DNA of 64,000 nt, from positions 56,039 through 120,038 of IMG/VR virus record IMGVR_UViG_3300021197_001743. One strand, given 5' to 3'. Source of the DNA: a virus. The stretch's first letter is position 1. Each line of letters begins with the position of its first letter. A program made the position numbers and the translations under genes. Positions 1 through 8,975 of the stretch are shown piece by piece. The notes under the pieces were generated by a model. That model saw only the letters and a list, made by a program, of their open reading frames with translations, did no database searches and was not told the DNA's origin.

Positions 1-51
1 ACGCAAAAAAGAACTTCGCAAGCAACGGCGTAGGGAAAATTAAATAAAAAT

Positions 52-59
52 ACTAGTTA
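52..59 (+). promoter_or_regulatory. putative late promoter motif ACTAGTTA
   Basis: Copy of the recurring (A/T)CTA(T/A/G)TTA motif, 20 nt before the ATG at 79. Confidence 0.55.
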
Positions 60-78
60 TGTAGTAGGAGTTTTTAGC

Positions 79-510
79 ATGGCCTCAAACATTTATACCG
101 CAGGTTTACAAAACGTCGGCTCATATCAAGTATCGGGACAACCATACCTGAGTGGTTCGATAACATCAGATCAAGTAGGATCTGTTTTGTCTTCCTCTTT
201 TTCGTTCCCTTACGTTAGTAAGAAAGTGATAGTAACTAATCATGATGTGTCTAACAACTTGATTGTAAGTTTTGCGCCTTTCTTGTCTAGTGAAGCTGCA
301 ACTTATGGATATACCAATTCAGCGTCTGGTTCTGGAAACTGGTTGTTCTTATCTGCTTCATCAACTATTGAGTTAGATGTTAAGTGCAAACAAGTTTTTG
401 TAGCTCCTGCTGTCAATGCAACCTCTGCATCTTGTACAGTTTACGCAGAGTTAACCAATATAGGCACAAATAAATTATATTCTTTTGATGGCCTCAGGGG
501 GATAAGTTAA
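79..510 (+). CDS. putative virion protein, paralog family 1/4 (GLQNVGSYQVSG motif)
   Basis: AGGAG RBS; N-terminus YTAGLQNVGSYQVSGQPY shared with the next two ORFs and with 47078..47488. Confidence 0.7.
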   Translation: MASNIYTAGLQNVGSYQVSGQPYLSGSITSDQVGSVLSSSFSFPYVSKKVIVTNHDVSNNLIVSFAPFLSSEAATYGYTNSASGSGNWLFLSASSTIELDVKCKQVFVAPAVNATSASCTVYAELTNIGTNKLYSFDGLRGIS

Positions 511-926
511 TGGCTAACAATATATACACTGCCGGCTTACAAAACGTTGGATCATACCAAGTATCTGGTCGACCATTTATCACCGGTTCCAATATATACT
601 CCAACGAAAATGCTATAGCATCAGGTGATGAGACCTCCGTTAGTTTCCCAGCTGTCACTAAATCTATAACGTTGTGGAATTATTCCGCGGATCCTTTGAG
701 CAAATTACGATTAACATTCGTTGCAACAGGGTCCATCAATAACCATCCAGCAAGTGGCGTTTATTACGAACTAGGACAAAACGAATCCTTAACGTTGTCT
801 TTAAAATGCAAAGAGGTATATCTTTCCGCAGTCAGCGGAGAGGTGTTGTGGAAATTATATGCGAGCTTAACTAGTATAGCTCCGGAAAGGATGTATGCCC
901 TAACTGGTTCTGGTATTAGTGAATAA
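510..926 (+). CDS. putative virion protein, paralog family 2/4
   Basis: TAATG coupling; same N-terminal motif; C-terminus ERMYALTGSGISE. Confidence 0.7.
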   Translation: MANNIYTAGLQNVGSYQVSGRPFITGSNIYSNENAIASGDETSVSFPAVTKSITLWNYSADPLSKLRLTFVATGSINNHPASGVYYELGQNESLTLSLKCKEVYLSAVSGEVLWKLYASLTSIAPERMYALTGSGISE

Positions 927-938
927 GGAGGGTACAAC

Positions 939-2117
939 ATGGCTATTTATACAACAGGTCTTCAAAGTGCAGGATCTTACCAAGCTTCCGGACGACCATT
1001 TATTGCCCGTAGGACAGTCTCCAAAGATGGACAAGTAAAGATTGAATTCCCATCAGTAACCAAGAGCATAACCATAAGAATCCCTTCTATATCAAATGCA
1101 GCCGCGAGGATGGAAAAGGTCGCAAGTTCGGATTACTTTTGGTTCACGACCCAAGAAGTCCTTAATAGCAGCCCACAGCTACCAGTTTTCGGGAGCTCAT
1201 CTGCTGGTGCAATTCAGGATTGGACTATTGCCTTGTGGTACAAAGCTGATTCCTCAGGCGGAAACAACAAGCGACTAGTTAACTTATTCGGGACAACATC
1301 CTCGCCGCTTGGGAGGAGAGGAACAATTAGTAATACTAGCAATACGCAATTGACTTTTGAACTATTCGACAACTCAAGCATCTCACTTGGTACCATTACG
1401 AAGACAGGCATTGCCAGTGTTGCTGATTGGAATCATATCTTGCTGACACAAAAAACCGGATCTACACACATGTATGTAAATGGTGTAGCAGGGTCTTCTA
1501 CTGTCAGTCAGATAGGACAAGCGCAAGATATCCGAATCGGATGGAACGGTGGAAACAACCAACCTCTAACGGCTAGTGTCGACGAAATGACTTTTTGGTA
1601 TGATGGCATGGATGCAAACGAGGTTGCCGAATTGTACAATAACGGCGAATGGTTTAACCCGAGAACTCATACAAAAAATTCTGATATTAAATGCTGGTGG
1701 ACCTTCGGCGATCATCATTTGGATGTATTGGGTTCCCCTGCCACAACAGGCACAGTCAAGCTAGACATCATTTATGATGTAATTGATGACACCGAAGAGA
1801 ATCTAAACCTGACGAGATATTTGGATGCCGTAGATCAGAATTACGCAACAACAACAGGGCCATTCACGAACGATTCCATTGGAAAATTGAGAATGCATCT
1901 GCTAAGCACAGGTTCTGCGAGCGGCGCTAATATATATGCCAACAAGCATTATTACGAACTTGGTGGATACAACTCGTCTATTAAATTACCAATGAAAACA
2001 AAAGAAATTTACTTATCTGCTGTTGACGCCGCTGTTACTTTTGAGATTATTGCTGAATTAACTCACATAGCACCTGAGAGAATGTATGCTTTAACGGGCT
2101 CGGGGATCGATGAATAA
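939..2117 (+). CDS. putative virion protein, paralog family 3/4, with inserted LamG/concanavalin-like domain
   Basis: Family N- and C-termini flank WTIALWYK...WNHILLT...MYVNG...VDEMTFW...EVAELYN, a LamG-like pattern. Confidence 0.7.
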   Translation: MAIYTTGLQSAGSYQASGRPFIARRTVSKDGQVKIEFPSVTKSITIRIPSISNAAARMEKVASSDYFWFTTQEVLNSSPQLPVFGSSSAGAIQDWTIALWYKADSSGGNNKRLVNLFGTTSSPLGRRGTISNTSNTQLTFELFDNSSISLGTITKTGIASVADWNHILLTQKTGSTHMYVNGVAGSSTVSQIGQAQDIRIGWNGGNNQPLTASVDEMTFWYDGMDANEVAELYNNGEWFNPRTHTKNSDIKCWWTFGDHHLDVLGSPATTGTVKLDIIYDVIDDTEENLNLTRYLDAVDQNYATTTGPFTNDSIGKLRMHLLSTGSASGANIYANKHYYELGGYNSSIKLPMKTKEIYLSAVDAAVTFEIIAELTHIAPERMYALTGSGIDE

Positions 2118-4498
2118 TGGCAGAATTTGGATGGGCATATGTTGCTGGAGCGCTGGCGGGTGGAGTCTCTGGCTCTGTTCAGACAGCTACTCCGAGAATG
2201 GCACTAACGGGTAGTGATCGTTTAGTATTTGATCATAACACTGATGTGTTAAATCTTTCCGGATCGTTGTACGTCTCTGGTAGTATCACTGCAAACCAAT
2301 ATAACGTTAATGTTATTAATGAAACAGTCACAAACTTAAGTGCCTCAGGTAATACGAGATTTGGAGACACTACTGACGACAGCCATATCTTTACTGGGAG
2401 CCTGTCGATTTCATCCTCAGCTAATCCAATTCAACTCTATGGCTTACAAACGCTTCCTGCATCAAGCTCCGCTCACTTCCTCGCTCTTGATTCCAGCAAC
2501 AATGTTGTTATAACGTCTTCTTTGCCTATTGATGATTATTCGAATGCTGGAGACAACAGGATCATAACAAGTAAACACTCCACCGGTATACAGGGAGAAA
2601 ACAATTTAACATTCAATGGAACAACTTTAAACCTCGCAGGTCACCTCACAGCAAGTGGAATGGTGTCGTCGTCGTTTGGGTATTTTGATGAAATTACTGG
2701 AAGTCGTGGGAGATTCTATTCATTGTCTGTTGGGACAGCGTCAGTTAATATAACCGGCCAAGGCATCACCGGAGCTCAGCTTATTACATCTGACTTCTTG
2801 GCTGGAACTCTCAACACTAGCATTCAAAACAACATTACATCTGTCGGTCCATTAAGTCAATTAACGGTGGCCGGCAATGCTTCTTTTGATACCGATACCT
2901 TATACATTGATTCAGAGGTCAACAGAATCGGCATAGGGACACAAATCCCGACAACGCCCTTAGAAGTCTTCAACAGCAACACACAATTAAGACTAACTAA
3001 TTCGAAATATGTCTTCGGCATCTCGGAGGCGAAACATACAGATCTCTTAACTAACAACCAAGGAGACCTAGTTATAACACCGTCAAGTGGTAAATTAGGC
3101 ATAGGAACCGCTTCACCGACTGCTAACCTAGATGTAATAGGGGATGCGAGAATAACAGGTGATTTGACCATCTCTGGGACACTTAAAGCACAAACAACAG
3201 ATTTTGTTGTCTCAGCTGATACAATGACTCTCGGCGATGAGATAACAGATACCGTCATAATTAATGCCGGAACAATCACGGCAACCAACGGGCTCAACTT
3301 TAATTCAGGTAAATTTGTTCTTGGCTCTGACGGCAACGTTGGAATAGGAACGAGCAATGCTGGTAGCCCTTTAGAGGTTAACTCTGGGCTTGCTCAAATA
3401 GCAATTGCAGACAATCCGGCAAACGCTGTTAAGTTTAAGGCCGAGGAAAGCGGAGATTTCCGCATACTTGTTGCTGGAGATGATACGACATTAGAGTCTC
3501 ACTTGACTATCTCCGGCAATTTAAATGCCGGGCTGGACAGCAATAGTGTTTCAAACATTAGTGGGACATTAAATGTTCTTACTAGGATTACTACTCCAGT
3601 GCTATCCGCTGATACTCTTACAGATGGACATGGGAGCCTATCTTCTGGTTCAATAAGTGGGTTCGATACAATCTCCGCAACCAGCATCATAGGAACCCTC
3701 ACAACACCATCACAAGGCAATATAACTTCTTTGGGCACCCTTACTACTTTAAATGTCTCCGGAGACCTTGACGTTGATTCTGGCACCCTTCACGTTGACT
3801 CTGGCGCCGACCGAGTTGGTATTCGAAAAACAAATCCCCAAAGAACGCTCGAGGTTAAAGATACCGAGAAGCAATTACGCTTAACATATTCTGATTATGT
3901 ATTCGGAATATCAGCTGACGTCAACACTGACATAGGAGTGAACTCAAGCGGATACTTGTCCATAGTACCATCCGGAGCGAGAGTTGGGATTGCAACAGAT
4001 AATCCAACTAAAACTCTGGAGGTCAATGGAGACGGACAGTTCAATGGAGATGTACATGTAAGCGGTACTCTATTTGCTGAACAAGTAAAAGTAACCCTAA
4101 CAGAGGTACAAGTAGTTCACCTCTCTTCAACCGGATCTACATCATTTGGTGATACCTCGGACGATATCCACACGTTTAAAGGTACAGTTGTGTATACCGG
4201 AGGGGTAGTTTATAATAGAAAGTCAATCTCGAGCAACTACTCCATGACCTCTGAGGACTATCTAATAGGAATTAGAGCAAATCAAAACACCACAATTACA
4301 TTGCCATCGGCTTCATCTCTACTAGAGGGGCAATCATTTATAATCAAGGACGAACTAGGAACAGCCTTAGAACAGTCTTTAATAGTACAAGCTTCTCCCG
4401 GCGATACTATTGATGGTCTCGCTAGTATTACTATTCCTAGCCCGCACACATCTTTTAATTTATATACCGACGGATCGGGCGCTTTCTTCATTTTATAA
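2117..4498 (+). CDS. fibre-like virion protein
   Basis: Ser/Thr/Gly-rich; repeated (R/K/N)(V/I/L)GIGTxxPxxxLEV units; duplicated FGDTxDDxHxFxG and QLRLT..YVFGIS blocks. Confidence 0.7.
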   Translation: MAEFGWAYVAGALAGGVSGSVQTATPRMALTGSDRLVFDHNTDVLNLSGSLYVSGSITANQYNVNVINETVTNLSASGNTRFGDTTDDSHIFTGSLSISSSANPIQLYGLQTLPASSSAHFLALDSSNNVVITSSLPIDDYSNAGDNRIITSKHSTGIQGENNLTFNGTTLNLAGHLTASGMVSSSFGYFDEITGSRGRFYSLSVGTASVNITGQGITGAQLITSDFLAGTLNTSIQNNITSVGPLSQLTVAGNASFDTDTLYIDSEVNRIGIGTQIPTTPLEVFNSNTQLRLTNSKYVFGISEAKHTDLLTNNQGDLVITPSSGKLGIGTASPTANLDVIGDARITGDLTISGTLKAQTTDFVVSADTMTLGDEITDTVIINAGTITATNGLNFNSGKFVLGSDGNVGIGTSNAGSPLEVNSGLAQIAIADNPANAVKFKAEESGDFRILVAGDDTTLESHLTISGNLNAGLDSNSVSNISGTLNVLTRITTPVLSADTLTDGHGSLSSGSISGFDTISATSIIGTLTTPSQGNITSLGTLTTLNVSGDLDVDSGTLHVDSGADRVGIRKTNPQRTLEVKDTEKQLRLTYSDYVFGISADVNTDIGVNSSGYLSIVPSGARVGIATDNPTKTLEVNGDGQFNGDVHVSGTLFAEQVKVTLTEVQVVHLSSTGSTSFGDTSDDIHTFKGTVVYTGGVVYNRKSISSNYSMTSEDYLIGIRANQNTTITLPSASSLLEGQSFIIKDELGTALEQSLIVQASPGDTIDGLASITIPSPHTSFNLYTDGSGAFFIL

Positions 4499-4709
4499 TT
4501 TGTGATTTGTCTATAGTTCCCGTGTATAGGGAAACAAAAAAAAATGCAACGTATAGAGCTTCATTTCTAATCTTGCTGTTTTTCTTTTGCTTTTTCTGAA
4601 TTTGGCCCATAGTTATGAGTGCGAATGGACTGAGGTTTCGAACCTTTGTGCTGTTCGCATGTACACACGTACATTTAAAACATAAAATTATTTCGTGGAG
4701 GAAATATAT

Positions 4710-7574
4710 ATGTCTAAATTATTTATTGGAAAAACCAAGCTTGATTCTCAAGCAAAAGGTTTTGATATGGCGGATATGGACGGTGAGCTCAATCTTGATC
4801 CATCTAAAATTACCGCTGATAAGGTTCTTGGCGCTGGTGAGCAACCGGCTGAAAATGGCCACAAGCTAGTTAAAGAAGGTGCTCTTGAAGATGAGAAATC
4901 TCGTGCTCTTGCTGCCGAAGCTGCTATTCAAGCAGATGTTGACCAAAATGAAGCTGATGCTGATGCTGCAATCGCTGCACTTCAAGCTGACGTAGATCAA
5001 AATGAATCTGATGCTGATGCTGGTCTTGCTGCAGCAGGTGTTGCTCGTGCAGCAATTCAAGCAGATGTTGATCAAAATGAAGCTGATGCTGATGCTGCTA
5101 TGGCTGCTGAGATTGCTCGTGCTTCTGCTGCTGAAGCTGCCATTCAAGCTGACGTAGATCAGAATGAATCTGATGCTGACGCATCTTTCGTGGCTGCTAC
5201 TGCAGATCGCGCTGCTGTTCGTTCTGAATTTGCTGCTGCTGATTTGGCTGCTAAAACTGCATATGAAGCTGCTGACGCTGCAATCATTGCAACTGCTGAC
5301 GCTCTTGCTACCACAGTAACTAACAACGCTGCTGCTGACTTGGCTGCTCGTGCAACAATTCAAGCTGATGTTGATGCAAATGAAGCTGCTGCTTTAGCTG
5401 CTCGCACTGCTATTCAATCTGATGTAGATGCTAACGAAGCTGCTGCACTTGCTGGTCGTAATCTTCTTGGTGATGCTATCGATGCTGAAGAGACTCGTGC
5501 TCTTGCTGCTGAAGGTGCTATTCAAGCTGATGTAGATGCTAATGAAGCTGCTGCACTTGCTGGTCGTAATGCTATTCAAGCTGACGTTGACCAAAACGAA
5601 GCTGATGCTGATGCATCTTTCGCTGCTATGGATGTTGCATACAAAGCTGCTGATGCTGCAATCATTGTAACTGCTGACGCTCTTGCTGCTACAGTATCTG
5701 CTATGGACACTGCGTACAAAGCTGCTGATACTGCTGCTGCTACAGATCGTGCTGCTGTTCGTTCTGAATTCGCTGCTGCTGACACTGCTTTGGAATTATC
5801 CTTATTGGGTGATTGTGCTGCTGATTATGACACTCTTGGTAAACTTGAAGACAAAATTCAAGTTGAAGAAGGTCGTGTTGATGCTATCTTGCTTGCTGCT
5901 GATGCAGACAAAGATTCATTCGCAGAAATCGTAACTTTGATCAACTCTGTTGACACTGAAAACGACAATGCACTTGCTGCTGTTATTTCAGATCTTAATA
6001 CTGAAATCGCTGCAACTAATGCAGACATTTCTGCTGCTGCTACAGATCGTGCTGCTGTTCGTTCTGAATTTGCTGCTGCTGATGCTGCTTTAGAATTGGC
6101 TGTTCGTAAAGGTTCTAACGGTGTTTCTTTCGCTGGTTCAATGGCTGATCTTGATGATGCTATTATAGCTGCTGATGATGCTCGTGTTGCTGGTGATGCT
6201 GCTGAGCAAGCTCGCGCTTTAGCTGCTGAAGCTGCTATCCAAGCTGATGTAGATCAAAATGAAGCTGATGCTGACGCATCTTTCGCTGCTATGGATCTTG
6301 CATACAAAGCTGCTGACACTGCAATCATTGCAACTGCTGACGCTCTTGCTGCTTCTTTGGCTACTGAAATCACTAATCGTGCTGCTGACGTTGACGCAGA
6401 AGAAGCTCGTGCTTTAGCTGCTGAAGCTGCTATTCAAGCTGATGTAGATCAAAATGAATCTGATGCTGATGCATCTTTCGCTGCTGCTGGTGTTGCTCGT
6501 GCAGCAATTCAATCAGATGTTGATGCTAACGAAGCTGCTGCTTTGGCTGGCCGTATTGCTATTCAAGCAGACGTTGATGCAAATGAAGCTGCTGCTTTAG
6601 CTGCTCGCACTGCTATCCAAGCAGACGTTGATCAAAATGAAGCTGATGCTGATGCATCTTTCACAGCTGCTGGTGTTGCTCGTGCAGCAATTCAAGCAGA
6701 CGTTGATGCAAATGAAGCTGCTGCTTTAGCTGCTCGTAATCTTCTTGGTGATGCTCTAGATGCAGAAGAGACTCGTGCTCTTGCAGCTGAAGCTGCTATC
6801 CAAGCAGACGTTGATCAAAATGAAGCTGATGCTGACGCATCTTTCGCTGCTATGGATCTTGCATACAAAGCTGCTGACACTGCAATCATTGCAACTGCTG
6901 ATGCTCTTGCTGCTTCTTTAGCTACTGAGATCACTAATCGTGTTGCTGATGTTGATGCTGAAGAAGCTCGCGCTCTTGCTGCTGAAGCTGTGATTCAAGC
7001 TGATGTAAATGGTAAAGATGCTGCTCAAACTGCTGCTCTTGCTGCAGAAGCTACTACTGCTCGTGCTGCTGAAGTTGCTAACGCTGCTGCTGCTGCGGCT
7101 GCTCAAGCTACTGCTGACGCAATCGTTGCTGGTTCTGGTGTATCTCTAGATACTCTTATCGAGATCGTTGCTGCTTATGAATTGGCTGATACTTCAATCA
7201 CTTCTTCTATCACTGCTCTTCAAGCTGATGTAGATGCAAACGAATTGGCTTCTGATAATGCTGAAACTGCTCTTGCAGCTAGCATTGATGATCTTGAAGC
7301 TGGTATGTTGCAATTTGCTTACTTGACTGAAGCTGATCACGCATCTACTCTTGCTAAGCCATATGTTGTTATCAACTCTGGTCTAGCAGGTAGAATGTAT
7401 GTTCTTGCTGGTACAGCGGAAATGATGCAAAATGTTAAGAATGCTTCTGCTCTTTCTATCGATATCGATGCTCCAGCTGGTTGTACATTCGAAAACGGTT
7501 CTGCTGTTCTTACAATGCACGAAGGTACTTCTGCAATGTTCGTTCTTTACGGTTCAACTGTTTATGTATACTAA
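4710..7574 (+). CDS. Ala/Asp-rich long coiled-coil repeat protein (probable virion fibre or filament)
   Basis: GGAGG RBS before ATG 4710 (track start 4695 is a GTG overlapping the RBS); many AIQADVD(Q/A)NEA repeats; strong GCT/GAT codon bias. Confidence 0.75.
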   Translation: MSKLFIGKTKLDSQAKGFDMADMDGELNLDPSKITADKVLGAGEQPAENGHKLVKEGALEDEKSRALAAEAAIQADVDQNEADADAAIAALQADVDQNESDADAGLAAAGVARAAIQADVDQNEADADAAMAAEIARASAAEAAIQADVDQNESDADASFVAATADRAAVRSEFAAADLAAKTAYEAADAAIIATADALATTVTNNAAADLAARATIQADVDANEAAALAARTAIQSDVDANEAAALAGRNLLGDAIDAEETRALAAEGAIQADVDANEAAALAGRNAIQADVDQNEADADASFAAMDVAYKAADAAIIVTADALAATVSAMDTAYKAADTAAATDRAAVRSEFAAADTALELSLLGDCAADYDTLGKLEDKIQVEEGRVDAILLAADADKDSFAEIVTLINSVDTENDNALAAVISDLNTEIAATNADISAAATDRAAVRSEFAAADAALELAVRKGSNGVSFAGSMADLDDAIIAADDARVAGDAAEQARALAAEAAIQADVDQNEADADASFAAMDLAYKAADTAIIATADALAASLATEITNRAADVDAEEARALAAEAAIQADVDQNESDADASFAAAGVARAAIQSDVDANEAAALAGRIAIQADVDANEAAALAARTAIQADVDQNEADADASFTAAGVARAAIQADVDANEAAALAARNLLGDALDAEETRALAAEAAIQADVDQNEADADASFAAMDLAYKAADTAIIATADALAASLATEITNRVADVDAEEARALAAEAVIQADVNGKDAAQTAALAAEATTARAAEVANAAAAAAAQATADAIVAGSGVSLDTLIEIVAAYELADTSITSSITALQADVDANELASDNAETALAASIDDLEAGMLQFAYLTEADHASTLAKPYVVINSGLAGRMYVLAGTAEMMQNVKNASALSIDIDAPAGCTFENGSAVLTMHEGTSAMFVLYGSTVYVY
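6232..6990 (+). repeat. ~200-bp near-identical direct repeat inside the Ala-rich gene (copies ~6232-6430 and ~6793-6990)
   Basis: atggatcttgcatacaaagctgctgacactgcaatcattgcaactgctga at 6291 and 6852; offset 561 nt = 187 aa. Confidence 0.85.
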
Positions 7575-7616
7575 TCACTAGTTGATTTTTATATCAGTAT
7601 TCACAATACTATTCTT

Positions 7617-7650
7617 GGCCTCGGGGTTTTCCCCGAGGTCATTTTTATTT
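7617..7650 (+). terminator. Rho-independent terminator
   Basis: GGCCTCGGGG-TTTT-CCCCGAGGTC followed by ATTTTTATTT. Confidence 0.85.
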
Positions 7651-7708
7651 AATGCCTCTAGTGAAGAGCACTATTCAAAATTGGATTTTACCTTTTCTTA
7701 ATAAGAGC

Positions 7709-7716
7709 ACTATTTA
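7709..7716 (+). promoter_or_regulatory. putative late promoter motif ACTATTTA
   Basis: Upstream of the scaffold/capsid operon. Confidence 0.6.
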
Positions 7717-7749
7717 TAAAGAATAAAAGTATTTCTAGGAGATGAATGA

Positions 7750-8952
7750 ATGTCGAGCATGTTAGAACAAGCCATCATCGATGCAGCCGCATTACGAGAG
7801 GCAGCATTAAAGAACGCCGAACAATCGCTAATTGAAAAATATGCGCCACAAATCAAAGAGGCTGTTGAGGCCATGCTCGAAAATGAAGAATCTCCTCGGA
7901 TGAAATACGAAGGAAGATTAGTCAGTGTTGTTCACGAGGCAGATGATCAAGGCAACGTTACAGTATCAGAAGCAGATGGAAAAGCTTTTGTCGTTAACGA
8001 AGCAGACCTCTCAGAGGCCACAGCAGATGATATATTACAAGAAGAAGAGCTAGCTATGGATATGGGTGCTGCCGATGCTGGAATGTCTCCTGAGGGCAAT
8101 ATTGAAGCTCCATTCGCTGGTAATCCAACTATGCCAGAGGATCAAACTGTTGAACTATCAGTAGACGTTGAGAAAATGGAAAATGATATCACCATCGACC
8201 TCAAGCAATTAGAAAAAGAACTAGAAGGTATTGACATGCCAGAAGACAATATGTTCTCCATAGGCGATGATGTTGCTCCAGAAGTTGAAGCTGAAGAAAC
8301 AAGTGCAGATGATCTACTAGCTGGAGATACTGAAGCTCCTGCAGAGGAAGAGGAAGACCTGCAACTTCAAGAACTACTAAACATGCTCGAAGAAAGCGGA
8401 ATCATTGAAGAAGAATTGGAGGTCGATATGTCAGAACAAAAGGACGGGACCTTCCGTACAGATGAGGGAACGCTAGAGTATTATAGTGATATGCAGGAAG
8501 CTGCAGACGAACACAATTCCGAGGAAGATGAAGAGGAAGATGAAAAATCTGTTCAACTTCAGGAAACAATCGATTTAATTAAGGCTCAAAATGAAAAACT
8601 TGAGTCTGTCGTTCATAAACTGAATGACAAATTAGAAGAGACTTTGCTTTCAAACGCAAAGCTTCTCTATCAAAACCGCACATTGGCAGATGCCTCCTTG
8701 AATGAGCGACAAAAGTCAAAAATTGTCGAAGCCATCTCTAAAGCGGAGTCTCCGAAAGAGGCCAAACAACTTCACGAAACACTAACAACGACAGTGGGAT
8801 CTCAAACTAAAAGAGGTCCACAATCACTGAGCGAATCTGTTAACAATCGATCGAATTTGTCTGGAATTATCAATCGTAGACAAAACTTAAACGAAAGCAA
8901 GACTGATGGATCTTTTATTGATAAGATGCAGAAGCTTGCAGGCATTAAATAA
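7750..8952 (+). CDS. prohead core/scaffold protein
   Basis: Very acidic, coiled-coil, many L-x-E sites; directly upstream of the major capsid gene; ends KMQKLAGIK. Confidence 0.75.
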   Translation: MSSMLEQAIIDAAALREAALKNAEQSLIEKYAPQIKEAVEAMLENEESPRMKYEGRLVSVVHEADDQGNVTVSEADGKAFVVNEADLSEATADDILQEEELAMDMGAADAGMSPEGNIEAPFAGNPTMPEDQTVELSVDVEKMENDITIDLKQLEKELEGIDMPEDNMFSIGDDVAPEVEAEETSADDLLAGDTEAPAEEEEDLQLQELLNMLEESGIIEEELEVDMSEQKDGTFRTDEGTLEYYSDMQEAADEHNSEEDEEEDEKSVQLQETIDLIKAQNEKLESVVHKLNDKLEETLLSNAKLLYQNRTLADASLNERQKSKIVEAISKAESPKEAKQLHETLTTTVGSQTKRGPQSLSESVNNRSNLSGIINRRQNLNESKTDGSFIDKMQKLAGIK

Positions 8953-8975
8953 CAATATATAAGGAGGTTAATCTA

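Noticed and set aside
79-2117. Diversity-generating retroelement acting on the paralogous genes
   Set aside because: No reverse transcriptase and no template/variable repeat pair differing only at adenines
4615-4869. 84-aa ORF upstream of and overlapping the Ala-rich gene
   Set aside because: No RBS; runs through a hairpin leader and out of frame into a strong gene
4866-7106. Ser-rich minus-strand and alternative-frame ORFs within the Ala-rich gene
   Set aside because: Shadows of the GCT/GAT repeat; no RBS or promoter
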